A DNA stretch of 64,000 bases from Eledone cirrhosa (lineage: Eukaryota), in assembly GCA_964016885.1 (NCBI GenBank), contig OZ024742.1, positions 327,546,001 to 327,610,000 of the forward strand, written 5' to 3'. The notes beneath the pieces are model-generated. The model saw only the letters and a program-made list of their open reading frames with translations. It was not told where the DNA came from and searched no databases. The position numbers and the translations under genes are program-made. Positions 13,188 to 26,967 of this stretch are shown in pieces (within the stretch, counting starts at the first letter, position 1; every line of letters begins with the position of its first letter).

Positions 13188-13192
<5 letters not shown>
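13050..13192 (-). mobile_element. PLE-type fragment, family P2, truncated inside the hammerhead
   Basis: Matches 51437-51550 (ccgggtt.aatcgg.ggtaac...gtactcaatacatagcagagt...ctacaggactagaactgtttc); flanked by (TA)n. Confidence 0.75.
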
Positions 13193-13226
<34 letters not shown>

Positions 13227-13232
<6 letters not shown>

Positions 13233-13434
13233 GTTCGCTTTATACACGAAGATACGTTCGTGAACGCGGAGCATAAAGAAATTTCGCATAATTCAAGACT
13301 AATTTTACCATTAGAAAATTAAAAACCATACGCGTTATACCGCGTTTTCCACGGAAAGTGAATATTTAATATTTTTTTCAAGGGGCGTTAAAGCGAATTC
13401 GCGTACTTCAGTTTGTGTAAAAGTGAACAGACTA
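13227..13434. mobile_element. MITE (Tc1/mariner-like) in (TA)n
   Basis: Terminal inverted repeats tagtctgttcgctttatacac / gtgtaaaagtgaacagacta with TA flanks. Confidence 0.7.
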
Positions 13435-14804
13435 TATATATATATTTATATATATTTATATATCCAGGGAGTGTAACGCGAAGTTACTACTACAGAGGTC
13501 CGACGAGCTTTTGATTCCAGAGTCAGGCCAGATCGATACAGATCGAACCCTGAGCTGATCAGTAGCAAACGCGCGTTGCCAACCAATAAACATAACGAAG
13601 CCGTGACCATTCGTCCTTGTAATATATATATATATTTGTTGTATTTTTTCTTAGTTAATTCTTTATTAGCTATTGGTCAAATAATACTAGTGTGCGTAGA
13701 ATTGAGCACTCGATGAAGTATACATGTATGTCTGTGTATTACGGAGTATTTGTATAACAATGAATTAGAAGACAATAGGTTCGAAATTACGTCATTTTAT
13801 TGATTTACATAATCGCTGTTATACGTATTTCGATGGTAAGTGTTGCGTATAATAGTGAAGGTGTGTCACTTAGTGATTAGGGCGTTCTCCTTACGATCGT
13901 AAATTTGTGATTTCGATTCCCGGTTGTCCATTGTGTCCTTGAGCATGACACTTTATTTCACGTTGCTCCAGTCCATATAATTCGAAAGGTTAGCTGTGTC
14001 GCAGAGTGTCTCGCTAAATCTCCCTACGAATTACGTTAAGGGATCATGTGGTGGTGGCGGGGGGAGCTTAGACTGTTGCAAATTGCACAAACGTTACCCC
14101 AAGCATAATGAGGGAGATGAGCTGAAAAAGTTATTTATCATTCATCTTTAATCTCCCTCTTTCTTTAATTTCTTTCTTTCTTTATTTATTTATTAATTTC
14201 TCTCGCTCTCTGATATTTTTATATAATAGTGTCTGCTTGTGTGTCTGTCTCTTTGTTGTATGTCTGTTCGGGTATCTGTCTTGTATAACATGTACTAAAT
14301 AAATGTTGAATTAAATCAAATAAACCGGTAAATGAAATATGTCGGTACAAGTTCGAACTATCCACACGTGTAAAATACAATTTTCTCTTTTAATATTTTA
14401 TAATACCGAAATTGAGTGCAACTCGGGTATTGTTCAGAATATTTACGCTTCCTACAGAATGCCTAAAACTTATAGGTAAGGTGTTAAAAACGCATATTTT
14501 ATACAAACCTATATACTTTACTTAGGTAATATACAGAATGCCTAGGAAATGTATACAGAATGTTTTTTCTGATCTAGTGTCTAAAAATGTATGTGTTGAA
14601 ATAAATCTATTCTTAACGAGCAGTCCTACATGTGAAAGTTAGGTAGGCTTTCACTTAGGCATAATAAACTAATTCTTTGGCTTTACAATTCTCTTGAAAT
14701 GGACAATTACTGTATTCTGGTTAAGAGACTGTTTCTAATTTCGATAGATTATTGTTCAATATCTGTCGCTTTCCGACAGGTTTGCGGTCGAGCCCGTAGC
14801 AGCG

Positions 14805-15120
14805 TAGAATTTGTCAGCACTCCTAAATTGGTGGTGGAGAATTCTGGTGTCCTTGGCCCTAGGGCTACCTGCCTACTCACCGCCATTGGCACAGAGTTGG
14901 TTACCCGCAGATGTGAGCCTCGCGAGCTGGAATGGTTCTTCCTGGGCGATTCCCTCACCATCCTCCGGGAAATCGCCTCCTCTCTTCTGTCCGCCGGGGC
15001 CGCAGGGCGGCAAACGCGTGTGCCCCCATTTGCTCATAATAGTGAGAGATGGGGAGAACAGGAGAGACGGAGGCAGTGACAGTGGGAGTTTGGTTCTTTT
15101 GTGTTCGGACATGGTGTATA
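14805..15120. repeat. GC-rich ~310-bp dispersed repeat (copies at 21433-21742 and, inverted and partial, 32660-32810)
   Basis: tagaatttgtcagcactcctaaatt ... gagtttggttcttttgtgttcggac..ggtgtata is shared among the copies. Confidence 0.85.
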
Positions 15121-15547
15121 TCACTACAAAAAGTAGAATGTTTTGAATGATAAAATATTTAAATGGGATTTTTTTTTTATTGAGAAACTGTGTGTTTTTT
15201 TTTAGAAATATTTCAGAAAAAATTTGAAAGTAAATGTTTAGCTATGGGTATTGATGCTTGAAAATTGTGCGAAGGATTATACCACTTTATATATCTATTT
15301 GTACGATTAACATGTGCAAAATTCGTATTCCAATTATATAATACTTTCCTTGTATAACCGCTACTGCTATGTGCTTCATTATAAAAGTTGGATGAATTAT
15401 TGGAATACTGAGTGTGTGTGTGAATACATTAGTGTGATTATATTTAGTCTTCAGTGGAGTGTGTAAGGCATTATATATAGTTTATTAGTACAAGTATTTC
15501 ACCGTTCTATAAATAGCTAGTTTAAGAAACTATAGTTCTCCTATACC

Positions 15548-15743
15548 AGACCTGCCAACCTCTAAAAATCCAAACGGGGACTACCATGAGAAAAAAATGC
15601 ACCAAAACGGGAAGAAATGAGAAAAAAGTGGGGAGATTTTTACACAATGAAAGCTATACCCGTTTTCACGAGAGAAAACATCTCTCACGCGCCCCAAAGT
15701 GGGTTGGAGATCTCCCTGTCGGACGGGGAGTGTTAACATGTCT
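15548..15743. mobile_element. Putative MITE (partial second copy at about 17860-17950)
   Basis: Imperfect termini agacctgccaac / gttaacatgtct; the left part is repeated at 17860. Confidence 0.5.
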
Positions 15744-15804
15744 CATTCAGTCTTCATTGGAGTGGAGTGTGTAAAGCATTATATATAGTTTATTAGTACA
15801 AGTA

Positions 15805-16297
15805 CTAGCAGAAAAATCACCCTTCTGGTGGTTTTCTGCTACATGTGTAGTGCGCATATTGATATTATACGCAAGTATATATACATGTAGGTATGATACA
15901 TCAAATAAAATCGTAATTGACAATATACACAGAAATTGAACGAAGACTGCGTTGCACTGTCTTATGTAATCAGTAACGTAATCCATGGTACATTAAAAAA
16001 GACGATATTTTATATAAACTGCATTAGGAGAAAATTAGTGACGGAAATATATGAATGTTTATTTAATCGATCGCTAACCGGAAGTGTTGACATTTGAAAA
16101 TTTTAAAGAAGTGAATCATAAAATAAGCAACAAAATTATTTATATTTAATCAAAAATAACGAAATTTAGTAGATAAATTATGTAATATTCATTCATTATT
16201 TATTCAAAGTAATCCAACTTATTTTACATTTTACAAACAGGATAAAAATATATATTCTGGATGCAGTCCCGCACTCCTTGCTTTATTATAGTTTAGA
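15805..16297 (-). mobile_element. Non-autonomous Helitron, copy 1
   Basis: Minus strand 5'-TCTAAACTATAATAAAG ... hairpin ... CTAG-3', inserted between A and T with no TSD. An empty-site paralog lies at about 15490-15500. A second copy is at 45402-45873. Confidence 0.85.
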
Positions 16298-16887
16298 TTT
16301 CACAGTTCTATAAAGAGCTAGCTCAAGAAACTATATTTCTCCTATACCGTGTCTATCTTATTTTTAGAAATTGCTTTTACCACGGTCCGAACACTTTAGA
16401 ACAACTCACCTGGATTAAAAATAACTTTTGAAGTAAACCATAGTGACATCTTAATATTGGCAGAAAATAGGGATTTGTGAAGTGACCACAGTCGAAGACC
16501 GAAACTGGTTTTATGACGCATTTCTTAACTGATACGTGTTAAGATTGCAAACTAGCAAAATGCCGATAATATAAAACAAGATAGACGTCAGCTTGTGTAT
16601 GCGTGTGCTTAGTGTGTGTGTGTGTGTGTGTGTATGTTGTGAATTTCTTTCTTTCTCTGTGGGTCATGTTCTGTAACTATTTGCGACTAAGATAGAGTCA
16701 GTCACGGAGTTTATCCATTATTTTACATATTTCTATTATTAAATGGATACATCGTCCATGATTGTCATTAAATCACGTTTTGAAGTAATTTATTTATCTT
16801 ATTAACTGAAGACAAGAGGGAGAAATGGAGTTACTCTAATTATAATTGGTGATGCACTATACCTGTGTGCATGTACACACACACAAA

Positions 16888-17005
<118 letters not shown>

Positions 17006-17128
17006 ATATATCCAGGGAGTGTAACGTGAAGTTATTGTAGGTTCAGCCAGGTGAGCCCTCGATGTTTAGGTTCACGTCTGTAGCGAGATGTAGAGCTACA
17101 CAGAGTGTAATACAATAATACAAGGACG

Positions 17129-17286
<158 letters not shown>

Positions 17287-19304
17287 ATACACATATATCA
17301 TGATACCAAACACCACAAGTTATTACTGCACAGAGTGTATACAAATGCACACACACAAAATTATTATTATTACTGTTATTATTATTATTGTTAAGTGTTC
17401 AGGCCGCAGTCCTCACTGAGTAATTTTGCCCAATCATTTTCTTTAATGTAAACGTTAGTGAGTTCTTTATAAAGAATTTAAAAATAACTTTTCGTCAGTT
17501 TTATGATTTAGCCGCAAGTTTTCCCTGATTAATCTAAAACGTAAAGGAGCTAATTATCAGATCGGACCGTTGCTCTTACAACATATCGGTCACAACACCT
17601 GAAAGAAGTTGTCGAGATTTGAATTCAAGAAGCACAGAGCTAGGTTAGACACAGGAAAAACATCCTGCCTGGTCCCGTCAATAGTTTCGTCAATCAATCG
17701 CTCATGGACTGGTACATTGTTCATTGTCATCAAAAGGCTGAAAGTAAAGGCAACCTCGACGAAATTTCAAGTCAGAGTGCAGTCTGTCGGAACAAATACT
17801 GAGATATTCAATGCAACTTTGACAATACGCCGCTTATGAGTATTCTAGCCGTCAATTTCAGACCTGCTAACCTCTAAAAATTCAAACGGGGACTACCATT
17901 AAAAAAAGCGCCCCGAAACGGGGAGAAATTAGGCAAAATAGAGAGATTTTACATAACGAAAGTTACTATTCGTGCAACAGCATCGAGTCATCAAGTCAAA
18001 ATAGGTACTAGATTATGTTGGGTAGCGACCCGCGTTATATAAACATGTTAAGCTAATAGGCGCAGCGATAACCCGAGTTACACACAACTTCGGTAACATG
18101 AGAAGTTTGCTGCGCAACTACATGGTTCTTGTATCGATCTCACTGAATGGTTCCTTGAATAAGTATCTTCTATTGTAACCTGGGTGTGACCAATAGTCGG
18201 GGGAATTTGATAGTCGGAAAATATACCCACCGTATATTACTTCTGACGTTCCAAGAAGCACCCCTCCCCCACACACGTTACTATAATCAGGATCATGGTC
18301 ATCATCATTTACATCCAATTTCCATGCTGGCATAAGTTAAACAGGTCGCTATGGATCGAGACTAGTCATATCAGTGAACCAATTCGTCTTTTACGTTCCA
18401 TATTTAACGTGGTATATGCGGCTGAATTCCCTCCTTAAATTCAACCACATCACAGAGTATATTGAGGGCATACTCTCGTGGCCCCAGCACCATATCTACT
18501 TAGTATACTGGATACATTTTATCATGGCTAACATTACCATCTTACATAGTGTAATGGGTGAATTTTATCGTGGCACTAACACTACCATTCTACACAGTGT
18601 ACTGCGTGCATATTATCGTTGCATCAGTACTAGAATTAAGGATGGAGTATTAGCAGAATTGGTAGAGCATCGGATAAAATGCCATCGTGGTATTGTTTCT
18701 GGCTCTTTGCATTCTGAGTTCAAGTCTCACTAAGGTCAACTTTGCCATTCATCTTCCCGAGGCCGATGAAATAAAATACCAATCAAGAATTAGGGTTGGT
18801 ATAATGAACTTTATCTTTCCTCTGAATTTGTTGACCTTGAGCTTAAATTCGAAATCAATATTTGATAAACATTGTCCAATCCGCACATCTTTTCTGAAGT
18901 CAGCGGTCAGTGATTTGAGGGAATTCAGCTTTTATTTCTTGCTCATGTAATGACTATGAAGTAGCTCCCGTATTAAGCGTGTTTAACTACAGTTAAATAG
19001 GAGGGTATCAGTATTGGGGTAGTGAATATAATTAATCCATCGTTAATTAACAAAATAAGAACTATTTAATTATATATTATATTTATGAAAGCTGGATTAG
19101 AAATTGAGATATTATTGAGCAATATTAAACCTCTGTCGATTCCGATGACGAGTGTTCCAGCTGATTTGATCAATAGAATAGCCGGCTCGAGAAATAAACG
19201 TGCAAGTGGCTCAGCATTTAACAGACATGTACATCCTTATAGTTATAGACCTAAACATTTGTATTAACCAAAGGTCTATTATTTGTAATAAGCTAATAGT
19301 CTGT

Positions 19305-19351
<47 letters not shown>

Positions 19352-19355
<4 letters not shown>

Positions 19356-20071
19356 AAATTTCGCTCTACATGGCTGAATATAATAAATGTTAATAATAAC
19401 ATTCGAATATTAATAATAACATTCGATTCGTTTGCATATTAATAATAACATTCGATTCGTTTGCAATTATGCAAACAAGCCTCAATTTATTTTATAGCCA
19501 TGTCAGTAGAATGAACACTTCATTCTTGCTCTTATGTTGGCATGCGAACAGAACTGGGTATAAAATTGAGGTTTGTTTGCATAATTGCAAACGAATCGAA
19601 TGTTATTATTAATATTCGAAAAACTCAGATTACATTTATTGTATTCAACCATGTAGAGCGAAATTTTCTTTTTTATTTGAATTTGGCAAAGCCGGCCATT
19701 TATCGCTCGTATACAGGAAACTGACTGGCCAGTCTGCTATGAAAAGCTGGCTGATTAATAGATCTGCTAATATGCGGATCTCACTGATCAGCCAGTCTGC
19801 TAATATGCAAATCAGGCTGATCAGTTACTGTGTATTTTTGAAAATAGTATATATTTTCACTAGCTCTGACAGTTTGGCAGGTGAACAGTGAGCTGTACTG
19901 ATGAAGGGTGATACCTAGAAACATTAGTGTCTGCAGTTCTGTTCGCATGCCAATATAAGAGCAAGAATGAAGTGTTCATTCTACTGACATGGCTATAAAA
20001 TTGAGACATGTTTGCATAATTGCAAACGAATCGAATGTTATTATTAATATTCGAAAAGCTCAGATTACATT

Positions 20072-20074
<3 letters not shown>
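19352..20074 (+). mobile_element. Non-coding HHR element: inverted segment plus ~430-nt partial tandem (retrozyme-like or non-autonomous PLE)
   Basis: 19557-19640 is directly repeated at about 19990-20074. 19352-19556 is an inverted copy of the same unit. Hammerhead at 19890-19939. Flanked by TA/CA microsatellites. Confidence 0.75.
19890..19939 (+). ncRNA. Type I minimal hammerhead ribozyme
   Basis: Stem I gagctgta/tgcagttc; CTGATGA 19898-19904; stem II agg..cct; GAAA; stem III aca-ttag-tgt; GUC cleavage predicted after 19931. Confidence 0.75.
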
Positions 20075-20129
<55 letters not shown>

Positions 20130-20575
20130 CTAGCGTATTTGTGTGTAGTAACATACATTATTTAAAATACTTAAAAATGATAAAAATATATGAATGTTCA
20201 AATCATCATAATTAATTAAAATACTTCAGTATAAGAAAAGTACATCCCACTTTACTTTAGATTCACACAGCACATACACACACCTTGAAATATAGCTGTC
20301 ACTCATACACACTCACAAGCACATGCACAGACATTATTTTATCTGTGTTGTCATGATAATGATTTCTTCCCGTGAGTAAAAATTTGTAGAAATTCTACAC
20401 CAGATTCCTCCTGGCACAAGCCCTTTATAGTAGGGAGCAGGGGTTGGGTGTCGAACGAGATGAGTATTATTGTCACATTTCTTTACTTCACTGAGAAAAA
20501 AACGGAAGTTGTACTTTGAGTGTGAACGACACCTGACTACTTGTGAGACAGCACATACTATATCTATAATAAAGA
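20130..20575 (-). mobile_element. Possible non-autonomous Helitron
   Basis: Minus strand a|TCTTTATTATAG ... CTAG|t termini; no clear subterminal hairpin. Confidence 0.4.
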
Positions 20576-20769
20576 TTTCTACTTTAGGTAGAAGGCCAAC
20601 AATTTACGGGGAGGGCAAAGTAAATTAAATCGCGCCCAGTGTATTACTGGTGCTTTGTTTTATCGAAACAGTAAAGATGAAAGGCAAATCTAACCTCAGC
20701 GGGATTTGAACACAAAACGTGAAGGGCCGTAATTTTATGCCGCAAAGCTCGTTGGCAGAGACCCTACTG

Positions 20770-21205
20770 GGTGACACTGTAAAAATAAGTGACACTGCGA
20801 CAATAATAGTGACACTGTGACAATAGTAGTGACATGATGAGAACAGTAGTGACACTGTGACATAATGACACTGCGACAATAATAGTGACACTGTGATAAT
20901 AACAGTGACACTGTGACAATAGTAGTGACATAGTGGCACTGTGACAATAATAGTGACATTGTGACAATAGTAGTGATACTGTGACACAAATAGTGACACT
21001 GTGACAATAATAGTGACATTGTGACAATAGTAGTGACACTGTGACAATAATAGTGACACTGTGACAATAATAGTGACACTGACAATAATAGTGACACTGT
21101 GTCAATAATAGTGACACTGTGACAATAATAGTGACACTGTGACAGTAATAGTGACACTGTGACAATAATAGTGACACTGTGACAGTAATAGTGACACTGA
21201 TAATA
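20770..21205. repeat. 20-bp minisatellite (gtgacactgtgacaataata)n
   Basis: Direct reading, about 20 degenerate units. Confidence 0.95.
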
Positions 21206-22613
21206 ATAGTTGTTTTTACTTTTGGCACAAGGCTAGACTGTGACAGTAATAGACACTTTGACAAGAAGAAGAAGAAGAAGAAGAAGAAGAAGAAGAAGAA
21301 GAAGAAGAAGAAGAAGAAGCCGGGATAAACCCCAGCCTGTTGAACTTTTGGATTTAGGAAAGACTTTAACCTTTAACTATGTCATAGCTACCTGAAGATT
21401 AGGGTAGGAGCAGTGGCTATATAGCTGTTATTAGAATTTGTCAGCACTCCTAAATTAGCAGTGGAGACTTCTGGTGTCCTTGACCCTTGGGGCCACCTTC
21501 CTGCTCACCACCATCGGCTTACAGTTGGCTACCCGCAGGTGTTAGCCTCGCAAGCTGGAATGGCGCGTTTCCCTCACCGTCCTCCGAGGAAACCCTTTCT
21601 CTATTCTGTCCACCAGGGCCGAGGGATGGCCAGCACGTGGGCCCACATTTGCCCATAATAGTGAGAGATGGCAAGAGCGGGAGAGACGGGTGGAAGCAAT
21701 GACAGCGGGAGTTTGGTTCTTTTGTGTTCGGACCTGGTGTATATGTATATGTATTGCACGGACACACACCTACTTATCCCTTTACTTTACACCCACACGC
21801 TGAGGTGTATGTATCCATAAACGTCTTTATTTTGAATCACGCTGTGTTAGTGCTGTCGCTAATTGATAGAATAAGTGTTATTTTTCTCTATATAAAGTTA
21901 TCACTAAAAAACGTCTGTCATCAGCTCCACTGTAATGGGAGAAGTTTAAATAGATGTAGCCTGAGTGTTGAAGATTGTAACTTAAGGACACCTTCCCCTA
22001 CACACAAACACTGCTAATCCCACCACAACCATTATAACCACAGCCAACCAGCTCCAATATGATTACCACTAACAGAACTAACAACACAAACACCACCATA
22101 AACACCACCACCATTAACTACCTAATTAAGTATTGTTTTTCTTTATATTTGATATTAAATGAATATTCCTGATAGTTGTTATACAGCGTTTAAAGCTGGT
22201 CCAGAGAGATTAAGGCATATTGTAATAGTAACAGTAGTGATTGTTGTTGTTGTTATTGTGTTATTGTAGTTGCTATTGTAGTTGCTATTGTTGTTGTTGT
22301 AGTCGTTATAGTTGTTGCAAAATAATTATAGTTGTTGTTATTCTTGTTGTAGGTGCTATTGTTGCTGTTGCTGTTGTTGTTGTTGTTGTACACCACATAT
22401 ATGTACTGTATAGACACAGGTCAAGTGTCTTGTAACAGTCAGTACAGATATCACGATACTGTGAAAGAAAATTCATTGCACGATTAGCCCGAGGGACACG
22501 GGATGAATGGGAGTGGTAACTTGAGTGAAAGAACGAATAAAATGTGTGGATTCTTAGGTGTTTGGTGGAACAAGGATGTAATTTCGAAATGTTGTTCATC
22601 AACATTACCAGCA

Positions 22614-22706
<93 letters not shown>

Positions 22707-23635
22707 TATAGATATATACTGTATATATATTTATATACATATATTCTTTATTTCCTTATTTCCTATTGCTCACAGTGGATCATTGGGCAACCTTCATCGT
22801 TTTTGTACTAATTTTGGTCGTTTCAGTGGACAGCGATTACGCAAAGTCACCATTTTGATTTAGTCGATCCTATCGACTCTAATATTTTTATTTTTAAGTC
22901 CTGTGTACAATAAACACATGAGAGTCTCGCTATCAAAGATTTTTTTTCTTTGATAGCAAGGTATGTCCTTTCATACACACCCCTATTATGTCTAACGTTG
23001 CCTTTGTGCTACTGCCAATTAACTAAATTAAATATATAATAATTTCCTGTGATCGCTAAACATCTTTGCTCTGCAGTAGCGTTATGGAAATATTCAGAGC
23101 GGTAGGGGGGTCCATCTGGTGTTATGACCTGTAACGTGTTTCCGCACGAATGAGTGTGACTCTGCACAGAAAAATGCAGCCTTTGTAAATTCTTTTAGTT
23201 GAATTAATGCAAGAAGCGCCAAAGACTAGGTTTACCAACTTACCAGACTAAGCTGAAATTATTTTATTCGGGAGATTGGGGTATATATCTGAGAGGGTTG
23301 GGTGTATATTGTAGCGCTACTCCAAAGCACTAAATACGTAGAAGCAGCTTTGTGTAGTTAGCAGTCAGAAAGTACTTTCCAACCCTTATAGTCTCTGAAT
23401 CATGTCCCTCAGCTTTCGGTGGTTAGTAGATGCTGTCGCAGTGATATGTGGTGACATTCAAATGTCTTCCGACTTGTTTTCGTTTTATATAGAAACGGTC
23501 AATATATCTAATGATGTGGAACGTTCTGGTAGTTGTTAATAGTCAGATATATGCCTGTATGTATGTATGTATGTATGTATGTATGTATGTATGTATGTAT
23601 GTATGTATGTATGTATGCACGTACGTACTTATGTT

Positions 23636-24115
23636 CTTCTGGTTTTATAATTTCACAAAGTTTTACCAATAGAGAGAGAGTCGGTTTCTAACATAGACAC
23701 AAGACTCTCTCATTGGAATTTACACAACATCAACTAGGTAGATATGTATGTATGCATGCATGTGTAGATATGGATGTTATTGTATGTGTGGATGTGTATG
23801 TTTTGAGTTGTATGTGTGCATGTGTATATGCTTTGTATCTGTACATGTGTATATGCAGTTATTAGATGCAACATTTTTGGAATGTTTTACATATTTTTAC
23901 TGTTCCATTAATGGATTGTACTTGTAGTTTCCTAACTAGTTGTGTTCTTTCTGTTCCTGTGAAGCCTAGCTTCTCAAGATTTGTATTGAGGCAGTTACTA
24001 ACATATCCCACTGCCCCAATAATCACAGGCATAAATCTGAAGGTGTAATCAGGGTGGAGTATCTGCAGATTTCTAATCGGTTCTGCATAAATATTCTCCT
24101 TTTCACTAATCTTTG

Positions 24116-24146
<31 letters not shown>

Positions 24147-24925
24147 TGTATGTATGTATGTATGTATGAATGTATGCATGTATGTATGTATGCATGCAGG
24201 CATGTATGTATTATGTATTATGTATGTTCGTTCTTCTAGGTTTATTATTTTATACATTTTCACCAATAGAGAGAGAGCCGGATTCTAACATAGAAACAAG
24301 ACACTTTCATTTGAATTTAGACATCAACTAAGTAAATACGTATGTATGTCTGTATGCTTTTTTGTGTGTGTGCAGGTATAGATGTTATTGCATGTGTGGA
24401 TTTCTATGTTTTGAGTCTTATGTGTACACGTGGTATCTATGCATGTGTACATGAAATTATTACATGCTGAATTTTTGAAATTTTTACTTGCAACTTGCTA
24501 ACTTGCCGTGAATGTATGTATATATGTATAAAAGTATGTATGTATGTATGTATGTATGTATGTATGTATGTATGTATGTATGTATGTATGTATGTACGTA
24601 TGTATGTACGTACATACGTACGTATGTATGTATGTATGTATGTATGTATGTATGTATGTATGTATGTATGTATGTATGTGTGTATGTATGTACGTACGTA
24701 TGCATGTATGCTTCTCTTTCTCTTAACTTCGAGTACATTTCTAACCGGCCACCTTCCTAGTGGAGAGGTTGTAAAAGAAAATAAATTGTCATCCCTTGAA
24801 TCGCAAGAATATTTTGGAAATTTGAAGGTGCCAGCTATCGCAGCCATTTGTAGTCTATGAATTAGGGAGCTGCGCTATTTGTCCACAAATCCAAGTTCAG
24901 TTATACTTTGGTCCAAGCGGGTTGT
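23636..24925 (-). mobile_element. Three 3'-end fragments of RLE-type (R4/Dong/NeSL-like) LINEs nested in (TATG)n
   Basis: 23862-24117 encodes KISEKENIYAEPIRNLQILHPDYTFRFMPVIIGAVGYV...LEKLGF...KLQVQSINGTVKICK. The 3' UTR is duplicated at 23636-23860 and 24228-24460. A diverged homolog (ITELGF...RLQMAAIAGTFK) lies at 24710-24925. Confidence 0.7.
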
Positions 24926-26967
24926 ATGTATGTATGTATATATGCATGCATGTTTGTCTGTATCTATATGGAGTGATGTTTATCCAGATAAGATAAGGTA
25001 AGTTGGTCCTTGTCAAAATGCAGGTCATATATGTGTGTGGGTGTGTGTGCGTGTGCGTGTGTGTGTGTGTGTATTGGTTTCTTATATAGGCACAAGGCCA
25101 GCAATTTTGGGGGAGGGAAAGTCGATTAATTCGGCCCCAGTATGTGACTGGTACTTTATTTTATCGACCCCGTAGGGATGAAAGGCAAAGTTAACCTCAG
25201 CGGGATTTGAACTCAAAATATAAAGGGTCGTAGCTCTATGCCACGAAACAGGTGTCTGACCCTCTAACAATACTGCCAATACACCATCTTTGTGCGTGTA
25301 TATATTGAGTAGTTTGGGTGGGAATATTGATATTTATGAATGGAGAATGATTTCAATATATTTACATATTAACATCACAGCAAATATCTATATTTATGTA
25401 TCTGTATACATTGGAAGGTGCGTACCTTAGAATTAGAGTAATCGGCTCACGATCTTAAAGTTGTGAGTTCGATTCCCGGTGGCATCTCATGTATTTGAGC
25501 ATGAGGTATTATTTAATGCTACTCTAGTCCTCTTAGCCGGAAAAGAAGAGTTACACATCTAATTCAAAGAGCCACCCTAGTCACACACACTGAATCTCGC
25601 TGATAATTATGTTAAAAGTAAACGTGTTTGTGGAATGCTCAACCATTTCCAGGCTAATTTTAGGAGCAGGCTGTTCCATTAGTCAAACAACTGGAACACT
25701 CATCCTCAATACCGTTGGAGGTCCATTCTATATATCTGAGCAGTTATGTACAAATGAAAAGAATAATGGTTTCTATTATAGGCACAAGGCCAGCAATTTG
25801 AAAGGAAGAGGAAAGTCGAATAAATCGACTCCGGTGCGTTACTTTTATTTTAATTTTTCGACCCCGTAAGGATAAAAGGCAAAGCTAACCTCGGTGGGAT
25901 TTGAACTCAGAACGTAAATGCATGTAACAATGCTGCAAAACATGGTGTCTGACGCTCTACCAATACTGCCAATAATTATGATGGTGGTGCCACAGCATGG
26001 CCTCGACCTGTTGGCTGGAACACATGATAGAATAATAGAGTAATATAAATATATGTATGAAGACATTTACACGGCCAAACCGTAAGCCACAAGTTCAAAT
26101 CCAGTGAAAGTAATTCGTTTTATTTACTTACTTTTAATGTTCTTTCGGCTTAGAAATGTCTTTCTCTTTCCTCTATCTCATTGTCTATCTTATTGTCTAT
26201 CTCATTGGCTATCTTATAAAATGGCCCGAGTGATTGGGCCTTATTTGTATATAAACTTGTAGGTTGAAGAAGAGAGCAAAATGAAGAAAGGAGCACTTGC
26301 ACAACATACTCCTGGATTTGAGGGTTGTTCTATCTACGGGGTATAAAGCAACCTACTTGTAACGCCTCCCCTCTATTGGGGATTTCGATTGTTATATTTT
26401 CATGTTAAAACCTTTTTACACGACTGTATGTAAAATCCCCGCCATATGTCTTTCTATTGTCCCCCTTTCTTGTGCGCCCTTGTGGCAAATAAAGAAATAT
26501 ATCTTATATAATAGTATTATTGAAAATTCGTTCTCCAGCTCTCGTGGTATCGTGTTCGATTCGACAAAATGGCACTTTGGGCAAGTGCCTTCTGAAGCGT
26601 CGGTCTGATTAATACCAAGCGAGTAGAATATGGTAGACCATACCTCTACAGAAGCCCATTGTTTATATATGAAGGAAAGAAACCGATTATCGAAATCGAA
26701 TCAAAGAAACAATATTTCCATTATTCTTTATGTTGTTGAGACTATCCACCGTTCGAAACTCCTGACTGAAGTATTAATATTCATTTATTTATTTATTTTA
26801 CCGTTGCCAGGGGGCAGGATAAAAAATCTGAAAAGGTTAGTTATTAGTTTTATTTAGTTTTATATATACAGTTTATATATACAGTTTATATATACAGTTT
26901 TATATATACAGTTCTATTATTAGCTGTTAACAGACAAAGAAACTTCCTTTATATATATATATATATA

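Noticed and set aside
14699-15146. Overlapping GC-rich ORFs as a host exon
   Set aside because: The region is a dispersed repeat and the frames are not conserved among its copies.
20625-21264. Cys/His-rich repetitive ORFs (CHYYCH)
   Set aside because: All three frames give the same peptide from a 20-bp tandem repeat.
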